Program-made: the position numbers and the translations under genes
IMG/VR virus record: IMGVR_UViG_3300028833_002727
From: a virus
Lineage: Duplodnaviria; Heunggongvirae; Uroviricota; Caudoviricetes
Direction: 5' to 3' (one strand)
Length of the DNA stretch: 64,000 bases
Part shown: one piece after another, positions 26,983 through 37,212 of the stretch
Layout of the letters: each line of letters opens with the position of its first letter
How positions within the stretch are numbered: position 1 is the stretch's first letter
Notes under the pieces: model-generated
Databases searched by the model: none
Told to the model about the DNA's origin: nothing
Seen by the model: only the letters and a program-made list of their open reading frames with translations

Positions 26983-28869
26983 TTATTTGTTATTTCGTCG
27001 AATAACATTTTCAACGGTATATCGAGAAACGTTGCCTAATATTGCAGCAATTTCCCTTGGTGTTTTTCCGTCTTCTTTTAATTGTAGAATTTGCTTATCT
27101 CTTTCCGTTGTATTATGGCGTAGTTTCGAATTGGTATATGGAAAATAGTCAAACAACAAACCATGTCTAAAAAGATATGTAAATAATGCTTTATTATTTT
27201 TTCTTAATTCGGTTTTATTCTCATATTGTGCAACCAATTTATCTACTAATTCTGGAGTATAATTAATTCTTTCGATTGGTTTTATTTCTGAACCTGGAAA
27301 ACATTTATCTTGTAGTTTATTGTGATAAATGTACTTATACAACGTATAATTTATTTTCTCAACATCTTTTGGTGAGGTAAAATGTTTACAAAAATCAATT
27401 AAAAATTGTTCGCTCCATTTTTTTGTTGTACCGCCAAGTGATCCTCCGTCATTTTTATTTAATAGAAGCCACCCATCTGTTTTAAATTTTTGGATATATT
27501 TTTTTTCTTCTAATGCAGATTGTTTTTTAGTTATATTGTTGATCAGTATTTCAGGTTCGGGTATTGTTATATTTAGTTTTTTGGAATATTGTAAAATTGG
27601 GTCTTTCGGGCGAGTTAAATGTTCATGATGTCGTCTTTGTATATCATTTGTTAACCCAACATATGCAACCTTATTTGGTAATTTATATACGTATACGCAA
27701 CTTTTTTTGTAAACATTTACAAGTTTGTTTGTTGTACCAATATCATCGTTAAACCAAGTGAATAATTCCAAATAGTTTTTTTCTTTAGAATGTTGGTATG
27801 TAATTCTGTCATTTTTTCTAAATTCATGTAATGTTTTATATTGTCTAGCAATTTTTTCGCAAAATTCTGACGTATATATTTTTTGTTGATTAGCGAATGG
27901 GTATCCTGTATTAGAGTTAATATGATTTTGTAACTTTTGCTGAAATTCGCCATATGTTTTAGATATAATAGTCACAGGTGTGTTTTGGTTTACATAATGC
28001 ACTTTAGAGTAGTCATATTCATCACCAAATTTATCAATAGCCATTTGGATTAGTTTATTTTGTTTTTCTTGTCTTTGTTTTTCTTTTTGTTCAGCGACAG
28101 TATATATTTGTTCTGAATGAAATAGACGATATGGTGTTATTGAAATGTCTTCATTATTTTTAGTTATAATAACAGGGGTTAACATGGTTACATATTCTGT
28201 TTTTTCATAAGTAAACATATTTGGAAATTTTTCTTTGCAAGCAGCGATAAATGTTTCAGTTGTGTATTTACGATATTCTTTCATTGTCTGAATAGAAAAT
28301 TCTTTACCGCATTCTGCACATCCATATTTAGAACAATAAAGATGTTCGTGTGGAGTTTGCCAGAACTCACCATGTTCTGGACAAATAATACATACTTTGG
28401 TATCTTGATTTACATATTTAACCTTCGAGTAATTAAACTTGTTATTATATTTCAAGTTCGAATTTTTTATGAAAGTTGTTTTTTTTAATAGTTCTCTTGT
28501 GCAACCATGTTTTGCACCATGCAAGTGACATTCTGGTGTTTGCCAGAATTCACCATAACCAGGATAAACAATACATACTGGTGTGGAGTGATTTATATAT
28601 TCAACTTTAGAGTAATCGTATTTATCACCGTGAATTTTTCTAGCACATTCTATAAACCATTCTGTTGTTTTACGACGTCTACCACATGTTGGACAACCTT
28701 GTCCCTGTAAATGGTTTGATGGCACCTGCCAGAATTCACCATGTTCTTGGCAAATTATACACACTGGCGTATTACAATCTACATATTCAACCTTTGAATA
28801 ATCATATTTATCACCGTGTATCTTACGCGCTTTTTCTATGAATCTTTCTTGTTTTTTACTTTGTTCCAT
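26983..28869 (-). CDS. GIY-YIG homing endonuclease-like protein with N-terminal DUF723-like repeats and C-terminal HTH
   Basis: Repeated KYDYSKVEY...VCIICPEHGEFWQ units; CVYVY...AYVGLTNDIQRRHHEH...EEKKYI; TPREIAAILGNVSRYTV. Confidence 0.8.
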   Translation of the reverse strand: MEQSKKQERFIEKARKIHGDKYDYSKVEYVDCNTPVCIICQEHGEFWQVPSNHLQGQGCPTCGRRRKTTEWFIECARKIHGDKYDYSKVEYINHSTPVCIVYPGYGEFWQTPECHLHGAKHGCTRELLKKTTFIKNSNLKYNNKFNYSKVKYVNQDTKVCIICPEHGEFWQTPHEHLYCSKYGCAECGKEFSIQTMKEYRKYTTETFIAACKEKFPNMFTYEKTEYVTMLTPVIITKNNEDISITPYRLFHSEQIYTVAEQKEKQRQEKQNKLIQMAIDKFGDEYDYSKVHYVNQNTPVTIISKTYGEFQQKLQNHINSNTGYPFANQQKIYTSEFCEKIARQYKTLHEFRKNDRITYQHSKEKNYLELFTWFNDDIGTTNKLVNVYKKSCVYVYKLPNKVAYVGLTNDIQRRHHEHLTRPKDPILQYSKKLNITIPEPEILINNITKKQSALEEKKYIQKFKTDGWLLLNKNDGGSLGGTTKKWSEQFLIDFCKHFTSPKDVEKINYTLYKYIYHNKLQDKCFPGSEIKPIERINYTPELVDKLVAQYENKTELRKNNKALFTYLFRHGLLFDYFPYTNSKLRHNTTERDKQILQLKEDGKTPREIAAILGNVSRYTVENVIRRNNK

Positions 28870-29183
28870 AATAATATTTTTTTATTTACTATAAATATAC
28901 ATATATTTTTTAAAAAGGGAAACATTTTACAATAAAAATTTATAGGGGGTGGGATATATAAAATATAATGGTATACCCATTTATTGGAACACGAAATTTT
29001 TTCCCTCGAAATACCCCTTTCATATATGGGGGGGCTACTGGACGCGAAATTTTTATCAGAAAAAATGGATTTTTCCATAGGGGGTACCCCTTTTTTTTGA
29101 AAATCGAAATCGCGAAAAATTTTTTTCCGGAAAATTTTGAAAATTTCAAAAATGAACTTAGTGCTTTTTAAGGATGTATATAG

Positions 29184-29190
29184 TATTTAT
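29184..29190 (+). promoter_or_regulatory. putative phage late promoter TATTTAT
   Basis: Same box ~18-42 nt before starts at 30574, 40560, 54384, 60603 (+) and 28869, 46884, 54327, 60079 (-). Confidence 0.6.
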
Positions 29191-29211
29191 TAGTAAAAAT
29201 GATGTAAGAAT

Positions 29212-30429
29212 ATGAAACAGAAATTAATCAAACAATTCGAAAATGGTACAGATTTTAGTGTTTGTGTTATTGCTATGGAAAATGGTACATATGTTGTCAC
29301 TGAATATGATTTTGTTAATAAAAAACATGAATTAAAAGGCAAATATAATGACAAAAATCAAGCGTTAATAGCGGCAAAAGAAATAAACAAAAGTTTTATG
29401 GAACCAAGTAAGCAAACAATAAAGTTAAAAGAGTCTCAATTACGTCGTATGATTATGAAGGCGTTAAATGAAAAACTATATTTAACAGAAGATATATGTA
29501 TTGGTAAAGGTGGTGGCTATTATGGTGGTTCACCGATTTTTAGGGTATGTGTGGACAATGGTAATGGAACAGATTATTTATTTAGTCCTCCTGGATGGGA
29601 TTTTGACACACAGTCACAACTTGAGGCTGCTGCTATATGCTGTCATTCTAATAAAAGTTTTTTAAGTGAATTACTCAATTCACCAGAATTAAACCAATTG
29701 CCAGTTGTTACGCCAAGTGATAACGATAAAATTGAAGCGTTATACTGGTTGACAGGTGGTAATGTTGAATGGAATCACGGATACTGGTCTGAGCATGGAT
29801 GCAAGTGGAATGACGAAACAATAAAATTATTGATGGGTGACGCTGATATTATTGGAATGTTAGATAATGCCGTTAGTGCTTCAAAGAGTTTCGCTGAGTT
29901 AGTGAGTCATTTAAGAGAAGGTGAATACATGGTGTATGCTAATGATATTCTTCCATTGCAGTACGATGATGAAGAAGGTGCACAAGAACAATTGCAGGAA
30001 TCTAAACTTCGTGCTATCATTAAAGAAGGTATCAAAGAGGTACTAACTAGAAATCCACATTCTGAAGTTACAAGTTTTGGAACTGGAAAATTTTCTAATT
30101 TCGATTTAGCAAAGAAGTTTACTGAATGGGCGTTAAATGGTGATGCTGATAGACAAAGAAGAGTTGGCGGCCCTGTTAATGCTGTTGAGGCGATGCATGA
30201 TTACTATTATAACGATGATGATGAACAGTTATATAGAGCAGCAGAAGCATTCTCAGAAATAAGCGGTGATAATGTTGATGAAGTATTTGAGGCGGCGAAA
30301 TATGCTGCACAAACATACTTCTATTACAATCCGATGAATGAATCACAAATTCAACTTCGTGCTATCATTAAAGAAGGCATACAGAAAGTATTGAATGAAA
30401 GTGATTTTGCGCCTCGACGAAGAAGGTAA
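29212..30429 (+). CDS. putative virion-internal protein with three copies of the LxESxLRxII leader
   Basis: LKESQLRRMIMKALNE, LQESKLRAIIKEGIKEVL, MNESQIQLRAIIKEGIQKVLNE. Confidence 0.7.
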   Translation: MKQKLIKQFENGTDFSVCVIAMENGTYVVTEYDFVNKKHELKGKYNDKNQALIAAKEINKSFMEPSKQTIKLKESQLRRMIMKALNEKLYLTEDICIGKGGGYYGGSPIFRVCVDNGNGTDYLFSPPGWDFDTQSQLEAAAICCHSNKSFLSELLNSPELNQLPVVTPSDNDKIEALYWLTGGNVEWNHGYWSEHGCKWNDETIKLLMGDADIIGMLDNAVSASKSFAELVSHLREGEYMVYANDILPLQYDDEEGAQEQLQESKLRAIIKEGIKEVLTRNPHSEVTSFGTGKFSNFDLAKKFTEWALNGDADRQRRVGGPVNAVEAMHDYYYNDDDEQLYRAAEAFSEISGDNVDEVFEAAKYAAQTYFYYNPMNESQIQLRAIIKEGIQKVLNESDFAPRRRR

Positions 30430-30573
30430 TCCAATAGTAAACACACCGTGGGGAACTGAAGATTTAAACAATTACATGAGATTTAATTAATTAATACCGA
30501 AGGTAATAAAAGCCTTCGGTTTTTTTATGCCTTTTTATGTGTATAAAGATATTTATTGTTAAATAAATGCACG

Positions 30574-31458
30574 ATGAAAATAAGTAGAGATAAGTTACAG
30601 AACATGATATACGAGAGTATATATCGTCACATAGTCATGTCTGAAGGTATAGATGAATTAAATGCGTATCATGGTAGTTATGCTAATTTTGATAGATTTA
30701 AATTAGATAATAATATACGTTCTAGTGGTGAGGGTAGTACTGCTTCGCCTTGGGGTGTGTATGTAACTTCGAAAAAGGAGGTAGCGAATTATTATGCTAG
30801 TGCTGTATCTAGGAAGAATAACTATGATAAAAAATTAGGTGTTGTAAAAGATAAGGGCTGGGTGTATACGATAGAAATACCAGATGAAAGAAATTACAAT
30901 TATTTATCATTTGGTTCTAGATTTGGTGATGATGGTACTAGTTTTGGACAGGAGAGGCAAATACTGTATATACTTAACCAATTAGTAACTCGTGGTGTAA
31001 TAGATAGAACTACCTTTGGTTATTTATACAAATGTGTTGCGCCATATAAAATCCCCCAAAATGATAATGCTTTAAAAGGGTTTAACAATAATTTGTCATT
31101 GAGTGGTAATATAAAAAACAGTGGCTTTGTAAATGGTATTAAAAATTATTGGAACACTAAAAAAGGTAGTTCAGATGCATATCAGGGAAATATTAAAGAT
31201 ATTGAACAATTTTATAATTTGTTAGGGGCAACATTATTAAGAAGACAAGGGAATAACACTAATGGTAATACACAGATGGCTAATAAATTAGCTAGTGAGG
31301 CATTATACAAAGCCGGGTTTATTGGTATAAAGATACCGACTGGTTATTACGGACACAGTTCATATTATGGTGAATACAATTATGTAATATTTAATCCGAA
31401 TGATATAAAAATAATATCGAAAGAACCTACTCCAAACGGAGATTGGCGAAATAGATAA
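30574..31458 (+). CDS. ADP-ribosyltransferase (ART-PolyVal-like) with leader
   Basis: AYHGSYANFDRF...SGEG...WGVYVTS...YVIFNPNDIKII. Confidence 0.75.
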   Translation: MKISRDKLQNMIYESIYRHIVMSEGIDELNAYHGSYANFDRFKLDNNIRSSGEGSTASPWGVYVTSKKEVANYYASAVSRKNNYDKKLGVVKDKGWVYTIEIPDERNYNYLSFGSRFGDDGTSFGQERQILYILNQLVTRGVIDRTTFGYLYKCVAPYKIPQNDNALKGFNNNLSLSGNIKNSGFVNGIKNYWNTKKGSSDAYQGNIKDIEQFYNLLGATLLRRQGNNTNGNTQMANKLASEALYKAGFIGIKIPTGYYGHSSYYGEYNYVIFNPNDIKIISKEPTPNGDWRNR

Positions 31459-31478
31459 CAAATGTTTTTGTGTGACAC

Positions 31479-32339
31479 ATGAAAATAAATAGAGATAAGT
31501 TAGTATATATGATTAGAGAAAGCATCTCCAGGGTATTATTGAAAGAATACGGTGGGGAGCAGTTAGTATTGCCGTTTGACGGTAATACGCGTGCGTATAA
31601 TTATATGCAGTATATAGATTTCATTAAAAGTCTAACAAAGCCAGGTGAGATTACGTCTAATGTGCATAGTATAGATGAATATTACAAGAAAGTTAATATT
31701 GATAGTGAAACGCTGTTTGATATAGGAGTAAACACAAAATTTTATGACGGATATGCGCGTGAAGAATTCAATGATGATGAATATGAAGTTTTTATTGGTG
31801 AGTTAGAGGATAAATATGGCGATATGATATACGGAGAGAATAGCAATCCTTTGAGCGTTCGTTATAGTATTGGTGAAGAGTTATCAAGTGAAGGATTTAA
31901 ATATTTTGCAGATAAATTAATAGAAAGTGCTAAATATGAACTTAGTTGGATGTTAGGTGAATTATTTAAATATTGTGTTGACGGTATGCTTTACATGAAT
32001 AGGGAATTAGTAATACCTGCGGCATTAAATAGATGGGAAAGTGACAATTATAATAGTTTATATGAATTATTGCAGCATATGTACAGTAATTTAGGTTACT
32101 ATTGGGCTTATGGAATAGATACTGGGTGTGCTTATTGTGCAGAGCGTTTTAAAGGCGGTACGTCAACAATTAGTTTAATTGCCATGACTCCGATTGAGAA
32201 TGTTGATATGTCTGAAACCTGTGCATTGTGTGGTGTTGGTGAACACGAAGTATGTTTACATGATGACACGAAAATAATGTTAATTGGTTTAAAGATAGAT
32301 GGTAAAGAGATAAATATTGGGCACAGGGTATACAAATAA
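31479..32339 (+). CDS. leader-bearing protein with probable ART-fold C-terminal domain
   Basis: MKINRDKLVYMIRESI..LLKE; LYMNR...LGYYWAY...GEHEVCL. Confidence 0.55.
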   Translation: MKINRDKLVYMIRESISRVLLKEYGGEQLVLPFDGNTRAYNYMQYIDFIKSLTKPGEITSNVHSIDEYYKKVNIDSETLFDIGVNTKFYDGYAREEFNDDEYEVFIGELEDKYGDMIYGENSNPLSVRYSIGEELSSEGFKYFADKLIESAKYELSWMLGELFKYCVDGMLYMNRELVIPAALNRWESDNYNSLYELLQHMYSNLGYYWAYGIDTGCAYCAERFKGGTSTISLIAMTPIENVDMSETCALCGVGEHEVCLHDDTKIMLIGLKIDGKEINIGHRVYK

Positions 32340-32371
32340 AAAAGTCACCTGATTGTAGGTGGCTTTTATTT

Positions 32372-32881
32372 TTACTGGTTATCCTGTAATCGTTTTAATG
32401 CTTTTTTAAGTTGTCCAATATCATCAATGCATCCAACCATTTTATCATTGTTTCGTCTACGGTATGGTGTGCCAAACATTCCTTGCATTGCAGTACTCTT
32501 GATGTAACTTTTGATGTATTCAATATCACCTTCAGAAAAATACGGAACAGTTGATGTATACTTATACATTGTGATTGTAGTTTCACCAGCAGTAAACTCA
32601 ATATAATCTTTAGTTTTTGCTGATTTAAACCATTCATACAATGAATTCAAACTGTTATACGCTTCTTCAGGATTATTACCTAGTTTAATTCTTATGTACT
32701 CAGTGCTTTCTATATCTTTTACATTTAAAACATACACACTATCATAACATTTGATATTGTAGTACATTCCTTTGATAACGTAGTCTTCTACCCTGCTACT
32801 TCCTCCACTTGAAATTGTAATTTGTCCAAAAGACATAATGCTAACAATGCACAGCATAAACGCAGTTAAAAATCTCTTCAT
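32372..32881 (-). CDS. secreted/periplasmic protein
   Basis: Signal peptide MKRFLTAFMLCIVSIMSFG-Q. Confidence 0.7.
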   Translation of the reverse strand: MKRFLTAFMLCIVSIMSFGQITISSGGSSRVEDYVIKGMYYNIKCYDSVYVLNVKDIESTEYIRIKLGNNPEEAYNSLNSLYEWFKSAKTKDYIEFTAGETTITMYKYTSTVPYFSEGDIEYIKSYIKSTAMQGMFGTPYRRRNNDKMVGCIDDIGQLKKALKRLQDNQ

Positions 32882-32906
32882 ATTTTTTACTATTTTATTT
32901 TTATTG

Positions 32907-33791
32907 TTATATGATGCCAAGCATTTCGATCAGTGTTGAAATAAGTTGTTCGTCACTATCTTCGAGTTTGGCTGTGTATTTTAGTGGTTCTAACACGTGT
33001 GGTGCAACTGTGCTGTATCTGTATACGACTTTACCGAGGCATTCCATGTTATCCACGAATTTTTGTGCATCCTTGTAGTGTTTCATTTTCCTGGATGGTG
33101 TGAATGCGAATATAACGGTTGCGTTATTATCTTTTGCGTAGTTTTGTAGTTTATCTACGTAGCGATTGAACTCAGCATCCAATGGGATTTCGTCAATAGC
33201 AACAACGTCATATTTGTTGCGTCCTATTTTTGTACTGAACTCGTATTCATCTATACCGTAGGCGTTAAATGAGCCTCCGTCTACTGGTGCGAAGTTTGTA
33301 CAGGTTATTTTTCTTTCGAATGCATTTTTTACTTCTTTGGCGAAATTAGCATTGTAGGTACAGTAAACAACTTTTTTACCAGCCATGTATTCGCGGAACA
33401 GTATTTCGCTGATGATGTCTGTCATACCTGCTTGTCTCATTTTAACGACTGGTATGAATAAATCACCTGCTGTTGTTCTGTTGAAGTAGTATTTAACAAA
33501 TCGTTTCTGAAGTGGTGTTAATTCTACGTCAGATATGTGGCAAGTTAAACGAGATAGCAGTCTCATTTTTGTACCATCCCAGAGTAAATCGTTAAATAAG
33601 TCTTTTCTGGCTTCCCTTTTTAGCACCTCATCTTTTTTCATTGAAGGTGGAAAATCACCGTAGCAATTGTAAAGGGTGTTGTCGTTGTTAGGTGTGGTTT
33701 CGTGGTGGTTACTTTCTGTCTTATATTCTTTTCCGTGTTTAAAACCTAATACATATCCTCTGGCGAATTCGCCTGTTGTATCTTTTGACAT
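32907..33791 (-). CDS. P-loop protein resembling a degenerate terminase ATPase domain
   Basis: LTPLQ, KMRQAGMT, VVAIDE, AFTP. Confidence 0.5.
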   Translation of the reverse strand: MSKDTTGEFARGYVLGFKHGKEYKTESNHHETTPNNDNTLYNCYGDFPPSMKKDEVLKREARKDLFNDLLWDGTKMRLLSRLTCHISDVELTPLQKRFVKYYFNRTTAGDLFIPVVKMRQAGMTDIISEILFREYMAGKKVVYCTYNANFAKEVKNAFERKITCTNFAPVDGGSFNAYGIDEYEFSTKIGRNKYDVVAIDEIPLDAEFNRYVDKLQNYAKDNNATVIFAFTPSRKMKHYKDAQKFVDNMECLGKVVYRYSTVAPHVLEPLKYTAKLEDSDEQLISTLIEMLGII

Positions 33792-33976
33792 GTTTATATT
33801 ATAATTTTTCGTTAACCAGCAAGAATGCTGTTATTATTATTAGTGCTGTAAAAAGTGACATAATTTTACCTGATTATTGGGTAAATACTCTTGTTTATCT
33901 AAAATTCTTAAATACCTGAATTATAAGTGATTAAGATGTTAATCTGGTAAAAATCATGTATATAAAAACGTTATTT

Positions 33977-34237
33977 TCATATTTTTCTGCGTTTGGTTTT
34001 TGTGTATATACGTACATATCCATACTCTAAATCATGTACAATTTTGGTTACTTGTACTTCCATGTAACCAGCCTCATCGAATTCGTCCTCGAATTGATCG
34101 GCATTCTCAAAATCCATATCTTCCGAGCCTATTAGTATGTACTCGCCTACACGTGGGCACACAACTTCATCATCGTGTCCTCTGTAATATGTTTTTATAA
34201 GTTCGTCATTCAAATAAATTTCAATGTCAGTAGTCAT
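33977..34237 (-). CDS. small acidic protein
   Basis: PRVGEYI motif; start overlaps upstream stop. Confidence 0.65.
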   Translation of the reverse strand: MTTDIEIYLNDELIKTYYRGHDDEVVCPRVGEYILIGSEDMDFENADQFEDEFDEAGYMEVQVTKIVHDLEYGYVRIYTKTKRRKI

Positions 34238-34695
34238 AGATTTTCTGCTTTTGTTAAAAAGTTAAACCATTCTTCTGAAAAATATACGTTGCTTGGTATT
34301 TCTTTGGTAGTTCCAGCAGCGTTAACAAACATGCGCATCATCTGTATGCCTGTGTATCCGTTTAAGGATTTTTTGTATGTGTTTCTGTATGCCACCATGA
34401 ATTTTAAATCAGGATGTAGTACAGCACAAGCATACATCTTTTGGATGTTTCTTGTTATATCTTTTTGAGATATGGAGCAATAGGCAGTTCCTTGAACGCG
34501 TAAGTCTTTTGTTGGTAGTGCGTAGGCATTACCTTGAAGTCCTTCACCTTGTCCGTAGATAGCACCGAATTGTTCCCTGGCTACTTTTGCAGCACCAGCG
34601 CCATGCCTACCTTCGGGATTGCTCCCGAAGACAAAAACTATGTTTTCTCCTGGTGTTATTTCGCCTTGATAGAACTTGAGTGTGCTAGTATCCAT
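34234..34695 (-). CDS. Macro-domain-like (A1pp-related) phage protein
   Basis: VFVFGSNPEGRHGAGAA...FGAIYGQGEGLQGNAYALPTK. Confidence 0.7.
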   Translation of the reverse strand: MDTSTLKFYQGEITPGENIVFVFGSNPEGRHGAGAAKVAREQFGAIYGQGEGLQGNAYALPTKDLRVQGTAYCSISQKDITRNIQKMYACAVLHPDLKFMVAYRNTYKKSLNGYTGIQMMRMFVNAAGTTKEIPSNVYFSEEWFNFLTKAENL

Positions 34696-35183
34696 TCTGC
34701 GTATTCTTTTTTGTATTGTGTTATTTCATTAGTGCTTAATTCGCCATGTTGTTCACGATAACGCATTTCGTTGAAGTAGCGAATCTTTTTCTGATATTCA
34801 TATCTATTGTGTTCGTCTTGTTTCAGTTGTCCTTTGAGTTCTTCCAGGTGTTCCCTAACGATTACCACGCGTTCGTGGTGACTGAGACTAAGCGCGTAGT
34901 TATACTCCATATTTAAATCTTCGATAAGGATTTCCCAGATTTCTTCGTTGAACTCATCTTCACCTAAACCGTCTTCGCCATCAAAACCATTGAAGCGTAG
35001 TCTATCCACAATGTAGTCGAATACTGCATCACAATCCATATCCATAACCCAGTCGTACGGGGTATCGTCGTAAACTAGAGTTTGTCGATGATATTTCTCT
35101 CCAGGCCGTATGATATGTCCACAACAGGTACATTCGTGTGGTTTGCGGGCAACTGGATATTTGTCTTTTAATACTGTAATCAT
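34656..35183 (-). CDS. Zn-ribbon phage protein
   Basis: ARKPHECTCCGHIIRPGEKY. Confidence 0.65.
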   Translation of the reverse strand: MITVLKDKYPVARKPHECTCCGHIIRPGEKYHRQTLVYDDTPYDWVMDMDCDAVFDYIVDRLRFNGFDGEDGLGEDEFNEEIWEILIEDLNMEYNYALSLSHHERVVIVREHLEELKGQLKQDEHNRYEYQKKIRYFNEMRYREQHGELSTNEITQYKKEYAEWILAHSSSIKAK

Positions 35184-35195
35184 TTTTTGTAATGT

Positions 35196-35795
35196 TTAAG
35201 TAGTTTTTTCTATTTTACCGTCTTCATCGAATACGGTACAGTTTTCATAGACAATCTGTTTTGGTGCTTCACGTCCGTAGAGTTTTTTGTAGAACTCTGA
35301 TCCATCCCATTTTGTCCATTCTACGTCTATGATTTTCTTTCCTAGTTCGCTCTGTGCAAATTCCTCGTTGGTGCATAAACCTAATTTTTCGAGTACTGGT
35401 AGCATATAGTTTACAAGGATGTGAATAATCACAGGATTCTTGTCATTGTATGCTTCGTTAATCTCGTAGCAGAAAGTCTCATAAGCCGTTAGCGGTGCTG
35501 CAATTTTGGTGAATCGTGAGCATTCCCAATCTACTACCATTGCCGTGTAGTCACATGACAGCCAAGGTGCAATTTGTCCGTTATCATAATGGTAGTGGTG
35601 TCTTGAATGTTTTCTATGCCAAGCACGTACGCGTGGATAATCTTTCCATAACCACATTAGGAATGGTTTTTCTATGTCATGGAAAATGTAGTATGGTTTC
35701 CATACACCTAATTTAATTGCTGTTACGTTAAACATCCACCAGTGTGCTAACCAGTAGGGAAATGTGCTTTTTTCGGATTCTGGATATAATTTCAT
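35196..35795 (-). CDS. HD-like metal-binding protein (DUF5662-like)
   Basis: H...HDIEK...HRKHSRHH...MVVDW. Confidence 0.6.
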   Translation of the reverse strand: MKLYPESEKSTFPYWLAHWWMFNVTAIKLGVWKPYYIFHDIEKPFLMWLWKDYPRVRAWHRKHSRHHYHYDNGQIAPWLSCDYTAMVVDWECSRFTKIAAPLTAYETFCYEINEAYNDKNPVIIHILVNYMLPVLEKLGLCTNEEFAQSELGKKIIDVEWTKWDGSEFYKKLYGREAPKQIVYENCTVFDEDGKIEKTT

Positions 35796-35981
35796 ATTAT
35801 GTGTTTTTTTATTACGTATTTCAAATAATAATACCGTTGTTCATTTTCAAAGACTCTTCTTCGCTTTCATCATATTTTTCGAATGTCATATAATAACTCC
35901 AGTCAGGATATACCCAATAGTTAATCTTTGTTTTAGTATTTGAACAATAATCTCTCCTATATAATCTTGCTTCCATATATT

Positions 35982-36638
35982 TTACTTTTTGTAGTCTTCA
36001 GGTTTTGGACAAAGTTTAACAAATTCACTGCGTAATGCGTTGAGTTGTGGTTGATACATTGCTTTGTAATCTTTCCATTTGTGTGATGGCACAATGTCTT
36101 TCTCCCACAAATCTTCCCAATAGTTATTAGCCTCTGTGTAATCTACTATTTTGCCGTAGGTTGCTATCTGGATACCAAACTTAAGCAGGCGCAAGCAGTG
36201 GAACAGTGATTTAATTGCGCGGTAGTAATCGTAGTCAGCCTCTACCGTTAGTTTCTTGTGGCATTTAGCCCAAGCATTGTTTACGATACTTGAAATGGTT
36301 TGTCTGAGTTTCCACTTATCAAGTTCGAAGTATTTAAGGTAGTCGTATTTACCTTCGTACTTATCACTTGGTAACCAAAGGCTTTCTAAGGCGATGATGT
36401 GGTGGTTCTTAACCATTTCAATAAAATCACTTTCTCTGATGTACTGTGTATCTTTTTCTACGCCATCTACAAGTGTTTTAGACTCATATATGTGGTTAGT
36501 GTACTCTGAGAAATCAAAGGTATCATCTACGATTGTGACAATATCTATGTCAGAATATACAGTAGGTTTAACCCCATAGACTCGTGAGCCATGGGGAAAA
36601 CTACAAATTGTATGTTCATTTAAATCGTTGATGTTCAT
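35982..36638 (-). CDS. Pol-beta-family nucleotidyltransferase
   Basis: HGSRVYG....SDID; KSLFHCLR. Confidence 0.8.
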   Translation of the reverse strand: MNINDLNEHTICSFPHGSRVYGVKPTVYSDIDIVTIVDDTFDFSEYTNHIYESKTLVDGVEKDTQYIRESDFIEMVKNHHIIALESLWLPSDKYEGKYDYLKYFELDKWKLRQTISSIVNNAWAKCHKKLTVEADYDYYRAIKSLFHCLRLLKFGIQIATYGKIVDYTEANNYWEDLWEKDIVPSHKWKDYKAMYQPQLNALRSEFVKLCPKPEDYKK

Positions 36639-37072
36639 ATCTTATTGTTTATGAATAGGTATGTTTTTCTACCTTGTGCTTTGTTATGCTCAATTAGGTT
36701 GATAATGTTTTCCAAGTCATCTGGTAGAACCAAAATACATCCTCTTGATGCTTCTGCGTAGCGTCCTGCGTGTATTCTGATACCTGCTCTTCCTGGTACG
36801 TTGCACACAAGCGGCAGTTTCTCCCTAAACTTAGGCGACATCGTGTTCTGTAGTTCGTATACACCATCTGGAATTAAAAACCAGCGATTTTCAACAGCGT
36901 CGATTGAACGTATAGAATGTTTGCCGAAGCGTATTGAACCTTCTACAGTGATACCGTCTACATTGTGTCTTGTTAAATATATTTCGTTTGGACGTTCTCT
37001 ACTGTCAATTTTAACACCAATGACGAATGCTAAGACGAATGCAAACATTACCCAAAAATCAAATTTATCCAT
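36635..37072 (-). CDS. DUF5675-family protein with N-terminal TM
   Basis: IPDGVY...SPKF...VPGRAGIRIHAG...SRGCILV. Confidence 0.75.
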   Translation of the reverse strand: MDKFDFWVMFAFVLAFVIGVKIDSRERPNEIYLTRHNVDGITVEGSIRFGKHSIRSIDAVENRWFLIPDGVYELQNTMSPKFREKLPLVCNVPGRAGIRIHAGRYAEASRGCILVLPDDLENIINLIEHNKAQGRKTYLFINNKI

Positions 37073-37212
37073 TTTTCGAAAGAAATTTAGAGTATGTCAG
37101 TACGCTTATAATGTGGTTGCGTTCTAAACAATCCTCTGTATGTGTTAATAACCAATTTATATCTTCGTCAATCAGTTTTTTGAAAGCCGAGTGATTTAGT
37201 TTTGTTCCCATA

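Noticed and set aside
28836-29171. Short ORFs in the switch region
   Set aside because: Products of low-complexity A/T and G tracts
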